Source: an uncultured Candidatus Saccharibacteria bacterium (GTDB taxonomy: Bacteria > Patescibacteriota > Minisyncoccia > Phycocordibacterales > UBA2100). Taken from it: DNA of 64,000 nucleotides. The stretch lies in contig CAZUVH010000005.1 in the NCBI GenBank assembly GCA_964623775.1, positions 1,546-65,545 on the forward strand, written 5' to 3'. Under the pieces are notes generated by a model. That model searched no databases, was not told the origin of the DNA, and was given only the letters and a program-made list of their open reading frames with translations. Position numbers and translations under genes: made by a program. Of the stretch, positions 26,306-34,802 are shown one piece after another; position 1 is the stretch's first letter; every line of letters begins with the position of its first letter.

Positions 26306-27361
26306 ATGATCGGTAAGATCATAGTTTCTGTCCGCTCCTTCTTCCGGAGCGGCATTATTCGATGCTTTTGGGGCAACAAAAAATTCGCTTTCCTCGCATA
26401 TGGAATGCTCGCCATTTTGATGTTGGTCACGAGTGCCAATGTCTGGGGAGCGTTTTATTTTGCGGAGCTTGTGAAAACGCACGGCGATATGCTGCAGTAT
26501 TCGACGACCGAAGGCTCGTATCTGATAATCGTGTTCAAGGTGCTTTTCATCTGGCTTGCCATTTTCGCCACGACCGATGCGCTCAAGTATTTCGTGAAGA
26601 GCCGCCTTGCCGCCTACTGGCGCCGTGAAGCACGGTACTGGTACGAAGAGCGCGCCGAGGCCAATCCGCAGAAGGTCAGTCATATCGGACAGCGTATTAT
26701 CGACACACCGAAAGAGATCGTCGAAAAAATGCTGGATGTCATAGTCGACGGGTATCGTGCAATCAACTCGCTCATTTTTTTCGTCCCGATGACGATACAA
26801 CTGAGCACGCATTTCGAGCCGGTTGCGTACGCCTTCATGCAGTCCTATCTCGGTTTCGGCTTTCACATTCCGTGGCTCTTGTTGTGGATCCTTGTCATCA
26901 TATTTCTCATCGAGACCGGGGTCTCGCATATCATCGGCAGACGACTCCCCCAGCTCGAATCCGAGAAGCAAAAGGCTGTATCACTTGCACGAAAGATCGC
27001 TGAGAAGTCGCACTCCAACAACCATAGCGGTCGACTCTTGCCGACACTTGCGGATAATCATCTTCGCAGGCGTACCAAACTTGCGATCAAGATGCTTTTC
27101 ATCCGCGAAAAACGGCAGATCAATTGGCAGTCCGCGCTCGTGTTGTGGCAGATCACGTACGGCATTCTCTGGTCGATCGGCCCCATGCTCGTCATTGGAT
27201 ATTTTGTGGCAGTCCTCCTTACGGTCACGCTCGGCATTATGTCCAAGGCCATGGCCGCACTCAATGAAGTCCATTCATCTCTCGCCGTGATTCCCAATTC
27301 GTGGCCAAAAATCATGGATATCCGGGGCGGTCTAAAATTGCTCAGGCGTATCGAGGAATGA
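26306..27361 (+). CDS. SbmA/BacA-like ABC-type transmembrane protein
   Basis: Multiple TM helices; W...FY, WRR, QRI.D, GRRLPQLE...QK; no ATPase domain. Confidence 0.7.
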   Translation: MIGKIIVSVRSFFRSGIIRCFWGNKKFAFLAYGMLAILMLVTSANVWGAFYFAELVKTHGDMLQYSTTEGSYLIIVFKVLFIWLAIFATTDALKYFVKSRLAAYWRREARYWYEERAEANPQKVSHIGQRIIDTPKEIVEKMLDVIVDGYRAINSLIFFVPMTIQLSTHFEPVAYAFMQSYLGFGFHIPWLLLWILVIIFLIETGVSHIIGRRLPQLESEKQKAVSLARKIAEKSHSNNHSGRLLPTLADNHLRRRTKLAIKMLFIREKRQINWQSALVLWQITYGILWSIGPMLVIGYFVAVLLTVTLGIMSKAMAALNEVHSSLAVIPNSWPKIMDIRGGLKLLRRIEE

Positions 27362-27491
27362 CGGTCTGACACATTCCCTCTCCCGCTCCACATCAGGTGG
27401 AGCGGTTTCTTGTTTACGGGTCACGCTACACCCACCCTTTCGAGAGCGAGATTTCCTGCTACCATTCCAATCAGAAGAAAGAGAGGAAACA

Positions 27492-28778
27492 ATGTCGGCA
27501 AGAAACATCTACGAGGCACCGCTGCCGCTTCATCTGCCGTTCGTACATAAAGGTTCTGCAACTGCCTCGCATCAGGTAAACGGCAGTCCAGGCAGCAATT
27601 GGGATATTTTTGAGCGAGAAGTGTGGGCAAAAGAAATGCTTGCGCAGGGCAAGAATCCCGAAGATTTTATCGCGGGCAACGCATGCGAATTCATGACGCG
27701 CTACCGTGACGATTTCAAACGCGCGCACGAGCTCGGCCACAACGCCATCAGAATAAGTTTTGATTGGGCACTTGTCGAGCGTGAGCGCGGAAAATTTGAA
27801 ACTGAAGTTCTCGTGAAGTGGAGAACTATGGTCGAGACTGCGATTGCGTGCGGTCTTGAGGTCGTCGGCACCGGCTATCATTGGACGCATCCTGGCTGGT
27901 TTGAGGCGCTCGGCGGCTGGAAGCATTCGGACGCACCAATGTTGTACGCAAAATTCTTTGCAAAGCTACTGGAATACGTCGGCGATAAAGTGCGCTGGTG
28001 GACTGTATTCAATGAGCCCAGCTGGTATCTGCCATCTTCGTACCGCTGGGGAATCAATCCCCCGCGAGAAGCGAGCGAGGACGGCTACAAACGTGCCTTC
28101 GACAATATGGTCTGGGCGCACAGGCATGTATACGCACTCATCAAGCAACGCAACCCTACGGCGATGGTGGGCATCGGAGAGGCTGACAATTGGACTGAGT
28201 ATACCGATCCGTCTATGGAATCGAACGAAGTTCATTTTGTCGATCGGATCATCAATAAGCTCGATTTCATCGGCGTTCAGATGTACATGCATTCGAAGTA
28301 CGACCCCGCCGGCAACAAACTCGGCTGGGATGGTCACGACCCCTGCGTCGAGCACCCTGTGCAATCCGACATGCCGTGGGGCATGTGCCCGCGACTTGCA
28401 TACGAGGTCGTAAAGAAATATGCCGCACGCTATCCCGGCAAGCCGATAATGATCACGGAGCACGGTCATGCGGTGAGGGAAATGGTCGACGACAATCGTC
28501 GCTGCTGGTATATCTGGGAGTCGCTCAAGTGGCTCTCAAAGGCGATCGACGAGGGCGTGCCATTGATCGGCTACCTGCACTGGAGCTTGCTGCGTAACTT
28601 CGAATGGCTGAAGGGCTGGGAACAAGATTTCGGCCTCATCCATGTCGACCTTAAGACGCAAACGCGCACCGAGCGTACCTCGGCGCACCTTCTGCGCGAC
28701 ATCTTCAATGCTGGCGCGCTCACGCAGGAGATCGCCGACAAATATGCGCATGTAATCAAACATCCGCACTGCTCATAA
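27492..28778 (+). CDS. family 1 glycoside hydrolase
   Basis: GSATASHQV, RISFDW, NEP acid/base, ITEHG nucleophile, WSL..NFEW..G. Confidence 0.92.
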   Translation: MSARNIYEAPLPLHLPFVHKGSATASHQVNGSPGSNWDIFEREVWAKEMLAQGKNPEDFIAGNACEFMTRYRDDFKRAHELGHNAIRISFDWALVERERGKFETEVLVKWRTMVETAIACGLEVVGTGYHWTHPGWFEALGGWKHSDAPMLYAKFFAKLLEYVGDKVRWWTVFNEPSWYLPSSYRWGINPPREASEDGYKRAFDNMVWAHRHVYALIKQRNPTAMVGIGEADNWTEYTDPSMESNEVHFVDRIINKLDFIGVQMYMHSKYDPAGNKLGWDGHDPCVEHPVQSDMPWGMCPRLAYEVVKKYAARYPGKPIMITEHGHAVREMVDDNRRCWYIWESLKWLSKAIDEGVPLIGYLHWSLLRNFEWLKGWEQDFGLIHVDLKTQTRTERTSAHLLRDIFNAGALTQEIADKYAHVIKHPHCS

Positions 28779-28818
28779 AAATCAAAGTCCCCGCAGTGCG
28801 GGGACTTTTTTATAGAAC

Positions 28819-29088
28819 TTATGGTCGGACCTGGACACAGGGGCCGCCGGGGACACAGAAACCGACGCCGGGCCTACGATCTTCGTAGTAGTCGCGATCG
28901 TCGTAATACCGCCGCGGTGGCGCATATTCGTATCGCGGCTCGACATGCCGTCGCGGCACGCAGTACGGATCGAGCGCCACATAGGCGCCGTTGGGGTAGT
29001 GGCGATGCGGACAGCCGTTGTAGTGGGCTGATGCGAGAGAGGTGGAGCCGAGAATCACAAATGCCGACAAGAGCAGTGCTTTGCGCAT
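28819..29088 (-). CDS. small secreted hypothetical protein
   Basis: AGGAGG RBS; signal peptide ending ASA; Tyr/Pro/Arg-rich. Confidence 0.65.
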   Translation of the reverse strand: MRKALLLSAFVILGSTSLASAHYNGCPHRHYPNGAYVALDPYCVPRRHVEPRYEYAPPRRYYDDRDYYEDRRPGVGFCVPGGPCVQVRP

Positions 29089-29189
29089 GTATACCTCCTT
29101 GAACAATGCGACCGAGGGAAATTATACATCAGGAAAAACCTCTTTCCCAAGAGGCATAAATCACAAAAATGCTATAGGATACAAAGATT

Positions 29190-29272
29190 GGGCAGGTGGC
29201 GGAATTGGTAGACGCACTAGGCTTAGGACCTAGCGGAGTAATCCATTGGGAGTTCGAGTCTCCCCCTGCCCA
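29190..29272 (+). tRNA. tRNA-Leu(TAG)
   Basis: CTAGG-CTTAGGA-CCTAG anticodon arm and long variable arm. Confidence 0.95.
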
Positions 29273-29280
29273 CAAAGAAA

Positions 29281-29604
29281 TCAAGGATTGCCACCAAAAT
29301 TAATCGGCGCGGTGACGTTGTTGATGCGGCTCGTGTCAAAATTGCCCTGCAGGGCACCAAGCTGGAAAGTGTTGTCGAGAAGCGCGAGGATGCCATAGAC
29401 AGAGATCATAATGAGCATACCGACGATTCCCCAGAGCATGTGCTGCTTGCCCTCGCTCCTCTTACTTTCATTCTCAACATTGATGAGGAATTGAACCAAT
29501 CCCCATATAAACATGAAGAATCCCGCAGCAAACACGAGCAGGATCGCTGGATCGATTATGTATGTGACGAAGCGTCCGATGAGATTTTCTGTTGAGCCGC
29601 CCAT
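29281..29604 (-). CDS. TrbC/VirB2-like pilin
   Basis: FIWGLVQFL...EGKQHMLWGIVG..IMISVYGI. Confidence 0.78.
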   Translation of the reverse strand: MGGSTENLIGRFVTYIIDPAILLVFAAGFFMFIWGLVQFLINVENESKRSEGKQHMLWGIVGMLIMISVYGILALLDNTFQLGALQGNFDTSRINNVTAPINFGGNP

Positions 29605-29657
29605 AGGTACTGATTATACGTGAAAAAGCCCCGCTCTGCGGGGCTTTTTAGGGATAT

Positions 29658-30008
29658 CTAGAATGCACCCGTATTAATTTGGATACCCTTCGGAATGACA
29701 GGGTCTGTCGAGGTTACCTTGAAGGTGCTCTGGAGGAGGCGAATGATGCCCCAGATCGACACCATCACGAAGATAGCGACGACGCCATAGAACATAATCT
29801 GCAAGCCTTCAGACTTCTTCTCACCTACCTCGGTGAGGTACTTGATCAAGCCCCAAAAGAAGATGACGATCGCGAGCGTAATGAAGAGGCCGATAGCGGC
29901 ATTGAGGAAGGTATTGGCAAGAGCAAGGGTGTCGAGGAGCGTGGCCGCACTCGCCAAGGCCGGCAAGAAAAGTGATGCTCCAGCTGAAATGCCAATTAAT
30001 CTTCGCAT
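29658..30008 (-). CDS. TrbC/VirB2-like pilin
   Basis: Signal peptide; FFWGLIKY...G...MFYGVVAIFVMVSIWGI. Confidence 0.78.
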   Translation of the reverse strand: MRRLIGISAGASLFLPALASAATLLDTLALANTFLNAAIGLFITLAIVIFFWGLIKYLTEVGEKKSEGLQIMFYGVVAIFVMVSIWGIIRLLQSTFKVTSTDPVIPKGIQINTGAF

Positions 30009-30098
30009 AATATCAATATAGTTTATTGTTAGTCCTTTAATCGTACTGCCCTCGGCGCAAAATACAATACGGATTTTGAGCCGAATGGGGATAGTGCT

Positions 30099-30503
30099 TT
30101 AGTGTTCATCTTTGCCCCCTCCACCGCTTCCCTTAATAACCTCGATCACGATATAGCCCACGAAGAGTATTGCGATAATCGCGATAAGTGCTGTAACTGC
30201 TGCGGGATGGGATATGAAGTATTGCTGGACCGCAACCAGTACAACGAGCACGAAGAGCGTCACGACCCCCCACTCCATGATACGAATGCCTTCTGAGCGC
30301 CCAATAGTGCCGATTCGAACCATCCATACAATAAGACCAGCCACAAACGCAATTATGGCACCGACGAGCATGAGCCCAACGAATATGTTGAAAAGTCCGA
30401 ATATATCAGCTCCGGTGATACCAGCTCCTGAGCCACCGACAGTCCCCGTACCTGTCGCGGCAACGAGCCCATGTAGAAATCTATTTTTATTATGTGTGTT
30501 CAT
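30099..30503 (-). CDS. pilin-like membrane protein
   Basis: RSEGIRIMEWGV motif; three TM helices. Confidence 0.65.
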   Translation of the reverse strand: MNTHNKNRFLHGLVAATGTGTVGGSGAGITGADIFGLFNIFVGLMLVGAIIAFVAGLIVWMVRIGTIGRSEGIRIMEWGVVTLFVLVVLVAVQQYFISHPAAVTALIAIIAILFVGYIVIEVIKGSGGGGKDEH

Positions 30504-30916
30504 TGGAAAGTACCGGGTGGTACGGGTGGGGCAAATGTTCCTGAATTGTCTTGCTCTACGAATCCTCCACCGCCCCCACCGGCGCTCGGAAATTGATCGC
30601 CGCCAAAGAGAGAATTTTGTAGAAGCTGAAGTATCCCCCAGATCGACACCATCACAAAAAGCACGATGATGCCCCAGAAAAAGTAGGCCTTTATTTTTTC
30701 GGCATTCGCCGCGCCTCCCTTTTGGAAATTCATGACATTGGTCGAGACACCGTAAAAATAGACGACGAGTCCAAGTACGAGGAGCACAACGACGGCGTTG
30801 TTCATCAATACCACGAGCACGTTGGCAAGTTCTTGGAAAGTCTTGGGCGCCGCCAAGGAGACTGCTGGTATCGCCAGGAGTGCGATTGGTGCAAGCTGAA
30901 GGAAGCGACGCATCAT
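30500..30916 (-). CDS. TrbC/VirB2-like pilin
   Basis: Signal peptide; FFWGIIVLFVMVSIWGI. Confidence 0.75.
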   Translation of the reverse strand: MMRRFLQLAPIALLAIPAVSLAAPKTFQELANVLVVLMNNAVVVLLVLGLVVYFYGVSTNVMNFQKGGAANAEKIKAYFFWGIIVLFVMVSIWGILQLLQNSLFGGDQFPSAGGGGGGFVEQDNSGTFAPPVPPGTFQ

Positions 30917-31281
30917 ATACCAGTGGTCAGCTGCGAGACCGTACCGCCGATCAGGGTGGCAATGACCCATGCGCCCATGATAAGTAATGCACCAATGATG
31001 ACGTACAAGAAATTCTTTTTTGCTTCGCCGAGCTTGCCTACATTCCCCTGTGCAGTGACGAACAAAAAACCGGCATACACTACAAAGAGTGTAATGATTG
31101 GGAGCGCAACCATCACGAGGACCCTGAGTGCGCCCGCAATGAATTCTGAAATGTCTTTGAACTTGAGCGGGTTTTCGAGCTGAGCGCCCTGCTGCGCCTG
31201 TGCGTGAGCGAGCGCAAACATTGCAAAAAAGACAATCACTGCGGGCAGTAGGACTATGAGCGGACGAATTGTTGCATACAT
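30913..31281 (-). CDS. TrbC/VirB2-like pilin
   Basis: LENPL, YAGFLFVTAQGN..KL.EAK. Confidence 0.8.
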   Translation of the reverse strand: MYATIRPLIVLLPAVIVFFAMFALAHAQAQQGAQLENPLKFKDISEFIAGALRVLVMVALPIITLFVVYAGFLFVTAQGNVGKLGEAKKNFLYVIIGALLIMGAWVIATLIGGTVSQLTTGI

Positions 31282-31288
31282 ACGATTA

Positions 31289-32629
31289 TTATAGCCCGAG
31301 TATTCGGGCGATTTCCTGATCGGCCCTTTGGACTGCCTCGCTCACGCTTGCTGCGCCACTTGTCGTGCTTTCAATCATCCCCTGAAAGGCGGCATTTGTT
31401 TTTTCAGGATCAGGATCAATCCATGCGCGGGAAATGATCGCCGCTCTGTTGAAGACCTCCTGATCCCCTGTCGTCTTTTGCGCCAGTACATCGCGGCGCG
31501 CAGAAGGAATGCCGATTGCGGTCGAGAACGCCTTGCTCAAATCCGTTGACGCAAGAAGGTAGGCAGCCGTGACGGCTCCCGCAGGATTCCTGCTCCCGCG
31601 CGCTGTCGCAAATCCGAATACATGTCCATACGTGAGCGAGCGCGCACCGCCGCGGATCTGCGGAAGTGACGCGGGAGCAAAATTAAGATTGGGATTCATG
31701 CGCCGTATCAATGGCTCTTCGCTTGCGTATCCGATATAGATCCCGAGATCACCTGCCGCAAAAGCAGCGCGCGAACTGGCCATCGCGCGATTCCAGGAGT
31801 AGTCGTTCTTCGACGGATCAGCAAAGCCGGTGTAGAAACGGAGCGCGCTCTCTGCTGCCTGTGCCGCGTCTCCAGCTCTCGACGAGAGCGCCGGCACGAG
31901 GCGATTGGAGCCATCGAGCGCCGTGATAGATCCGCCTGCCTGCATGATGAGCGTTGCGAGGATGTCTTTTGCGTTGTCGATATTTTTGTATTCACCAAAG
32001 GCAATCGCGCTTTTCTTGATCGCGTTGGTCTGATCCCGTACCGTGACCGAATTTTGGTTGACGCTCGCGCTTCCATTATTGATATATGTCGACATCGGAA
32101 TGAGTTCATCCCAATACGACGGCGGCTTCGCGTACCCGGCAGTCGCCAGAAGATCGCGATTCCAATACATTACGAGTGGATCGTCGAGAAACGGTATCGC
32201 GAGTATTGCCTCGAGATTCTTCGAAACGAACGGGTTGGCGGCCTCGATAAACGTCGCCTCAAACTGCTCAAGCGGCAGCGATTCAAAACCAATCGGCAAG
32301 ATCATCCCGGCGTTCTTCACAGCGTTGTCTTGGCGAAGGATGAAGAGATCAGGCCCTTGGCCACTCGCGAGTGCTGTCGTGAGATCCGCCTCGTATGTGG
32401 CAGGATCGTGCTGCTCGTATGAGACCTGTGCAAGCGCAGGTGTCGTCTCCGATGCCTGCCGAATGACCGCGTTGACAGCGGTCTCGTCGAGCGTGCCCCA
32501 AATACGCACGCTCCCCACGCCATTGTTGCCCGTACCGCCGACAGCAAACGCAAAGATGAGGACACCCGAGACGGCAAAAGCGCCGAAAACGATGAGTAAT
32601 ATGGTCTGGAATTTTGAAAGTGATTTCAT
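31289..32629 (-). CDS. extracellular solute-binding protein (family 1-like)
   Basis: N-terminal TM helix; ALASGQGPDLF, D.LVMYWNRDL, P..WDE. Confidence 0.85.
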   Translation of the reverse strand: MKSLSKFQTILLIVFGAFAVSGVLIFAFAVGGTGNNGVGSVRIWGTLDETAVNAVIRQASETTPALAQVSYEQHDPATYEADLTTALASGQGPDLFILRQDNAVKNAGMILPIGFESLPLEQFEATFIEAANPFVSKNLEAILAIPFLDDPLVMYWNRDLLATAGYAKPPSYWDELIPMSTYINNGSASVNQNSVTVRDQTNAIKKSAIAFGEYKNIDNAKDILATLIMQAGGSITALDGSNRLVPALSSRAGDAAQAAESALRFYTGFADPSKNDYSWNRAMASSRAAFAAGDLGIYIGYASEEPLIRRMNPNLNFAPASLPQIRGGARSLTYGHVFGFATARGSRNPAGAVTAAYLLASTDLSKAFSTAIGIPSARRDVLAQKTTGDQEVFNRAAIISRAWIDPDPEKTNAAFQGMIESTTSGAASVSEAVQRADQEIARILGL

Positions 32630-32633
32630 AAAA

Positions 32634-33221
32634 TTATTTTTTAGATGCGTGATTGGTAGGCTTAAAGATGAGGCCATAGTGGTGCGCCCCTGCAGGAAAA
32701 TCGCGCAGGAATTCAAACCCATTATCACGAGCGTATGCAAAAGCCATCTCTTTTTTCACAACTTCACTTTTTTGGGGCCCCATACCGCCCCACGAATCAC
32801 TCCAGTCGATCACAATAAGCTTACCGGTGGGCTTTAAGATCCTGTGCGCTTCGATAAAAACGGCTTCCTTGTTTTCGATCTGAAAAAGGAGATTCGAGAT
32901 GAGCACTATATCGAGATGGCGGTCAGTGACCTTGCTGCTGCGACGCGCCTCGAGATCGGCCCAGATTACCGAAACATTCTTAAATCCGCGTTTTGTCGCT
33001 TCGTTTTGCGTACGCTTCAAAAGATCGCGCTGGACGTCGATTGCATATACATGCCCGCTGCCGGCGAGCCACTCTGCGATCGCAAGGACATAGTGCCCGC
33101 TACCTGACCCAAAATCAGCGACATGCATTCCATGGTCTATGCCAAAAGTCGCCACATTCGCATGCGGATGCGCAAAACCTTCCGTATTGAGCGGTTTATG
33201 ACGATGTGCAGTGTGCTGCAT
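32634..33221 (-). CDS. class I SAM-dependent methyltransferase
   Basis: VADFGSGSG, YAIDV, RILKPTG, IDW, HHYGL. Confidence 0.9.
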   Translation of the reverse strand: MQHTAHRHKPLNTEGFAHPHANVATFGIDHGMHVADFGSGSGHYVLAIAEWLAGSGHVYAIDVQRDLLKRTQNEATKRGFKNVSVIWADLEARRSSKVTDRHLDIVLISNLLFQIENKEAVFIEAHRILKPTGKLIVIDWSDSWGGMGPQKSEVVKKEMAFAYARDNGFEFLRDFPAGAHHYGLIFKPTNHASKK

Positions 33222-33286
33222 CGCTTTAAATTATAGCAACAAAAGAGGCGCCCTATTCGGGCGCCTCGTAATGAACTGTGGGCAGC

Positions 33287-33739
33287 TTATGCCAGACTCT
33301 CGAGAACTCGGATCTCTGTGCCTGCGTCAACCATCTTGATGCGTCGCGATACCTCATCAGCTTCACTTTTTATCTGCCATAGCGAAGCCGTTATCGCCGC
33401 GAACATCTGATCTGAAATGCTCTTTGGACCAGTACCGTCCACAAGCTTACTGAGGTCGAAATTAATTTTTACTTCTTTTTTTATGTCGCTCTTGGAGTAC
33501 ACTGTGTTGATACAGATGACTGACTTCGTCAGAAGTGTGGTATAGCTGGCACCCCCCATATACTTGAATTCGATATACTCGACAAGCGGCTCAATCCACT
33601 GATGTGCAGCCATTTTTTCTTGTAAAAGTTCCACCGTGCGGCTCAGCGATGATTTGCAGTGGCGTGAAGTTGGCTTTTGTTGCCCACCACAAAGTTCGTG
33701 TCCCGGGTATATCATCGAATCAGTCAGTATTCTCGTCAT
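33287..33739 (-). CDS. hypothetical protein
   Basis: GGAGG RBS before MTRILTD; downstream terminator. Confidence 0.5.
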   Translation of the reverse strand: MTRILTDSMIYPGHELCGGQQKPTSRHCKSSLSRTVELLQEKMAAHQWIEPLVEYIEFKYMGGASYTTLLTKSVICINTVYSKSDIKKEVKINFDLSKLVDGTGPKSISDQMFAAITASLWQIKSEADEVSRRIKMVDAGTEIRVLESLA

Positions 33740-33937
33740 TTCAACCTCCATAGGCCTCGCAGGACCTTTCATGACTGAACCGTCATAGTTCAGCTGACGA
33801 ATTAATACAATAAAATATCAATGATGTAAAGCGGCGGTGTTCGATATACATACAAATCTCACGGTCGTGAGAGTAGTGTGTAGTGGTTAGAAATTTTAGA
33901 GTTTTCGTACAACAAAAGGCTCCGCGATGCGCAGAGC

Positions 33938-34183
33938 CTACTCTTTATTCAAATACTTTTTGTCGGGCTCAAACAATCCCTGTCTCACATATCCGCACGA
34001 CTCGTACAATCCACCGCCGAGCGGATAAGGATGATCAAAATGCCACTCCGATATGTCCTCACCAAAAGCCGCAATGATAGTGAAGATCACATACCTCACC
34101 TTGTCCGGAGAATCTGAGGTGATCCGATATTCAGTCAGATCTTTGATTCTCGTCGTGTCTTTATCGATCAGGGCTTCGCGCAT
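33938..34183 (-). CDS. small hypothetical protein, paralog 3 of a tandem triplet
   Basis: YRITSDS...F.HP...G.YESCGYV. Confidence 0.65.
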   Translation of the reverse strand: MREALIDKDTTRIKDLTEYRITSDSPDKVRYVIFTIIAAFGEDISEWHFDHPYPLGGGLYESCGYVRQGLFEPDKKYLNKE

Positions 34184-34301
34184 GTGCGCCCCCGTTCATA
34201 CTGACCCGCAATGGATCAGCTTCACCAATCATTACGCCCAATGCATACCTCGGTCAAGCGACAAAAAAGAAGACCCTGCTGTGAAGCAGGGTCATTCGTT
34301 T

Positions 34302-34517
34302 CTATTCGACGATACTCAGGCTCGAGACGACGTATCCTCGTGTCCTGCATTCATTGCCGGTACACGATATCGGGCGAAACAACGACCCGATGACGAGGGG
34401 GTGCTTCTCGATGTCGCTGACGATCTCCTGAACCGCTTCCACGGTGCTGGCGACCACGTCGTATCGCCATGAACCGGGACCATCTGGTCTCCGTCTTACG
34501 TTGAGTGAATTACGCAT
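34302..34517 (-). CDS. small hypothetical protein, paralog 2
   Basis: AGGAG RBS; PDGPG..Y...F.P....G...TRGYV. Confidence 0.65.
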   Translation of the reverse strand: MRNSLNVRRRPDGPGSWRYDVVASTVEAVQEIVSDIEKHPLVIGSLFRPISCTGNECRTRGYVVSSLSIVE

Positions 34518-34530
34518 TACACTCTCCTGT

Positions 34531-34755
34531 TCACGTCTGTTGTATGGGATAGATTCGTCGCTGCACATATCCTCGTGTCTGATATTTACCTTCCGGAGTC
34601 CGGAAGGGGTTGTGAAACTCAGACGCAACGATATTGGGTCCATTCATGATCTCGGAAATTTTCGTCTGGATCTCTCCTTCTGAGTCTCCAGTAATCTGAT
34701 AGGCGGTGTGGCCCGGGTGATCCGGCAACGCCCTCATTTCGACATAGGCTGTCAT
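34531..34755 (-). CDS. small hypothetical protein, paralog 1
   Basis: GGAGG RBS; PDHPG..YQITGDS...F..P....G.YQTRGYV. Confidence 0.65.
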   Translation of the reverse strand: MTAYVEMRALPDHPGHTAYQITGDSEGEIQTKISEIMNGPNIVASEFHNPFRTPEGKYQTRGYVQRRIYPIQQT

Positions 34756-34802
34756 GGACTGCCTCCCCATGCACTTCTGTAAGATTTACTTGTGAAATTA
34801 TA

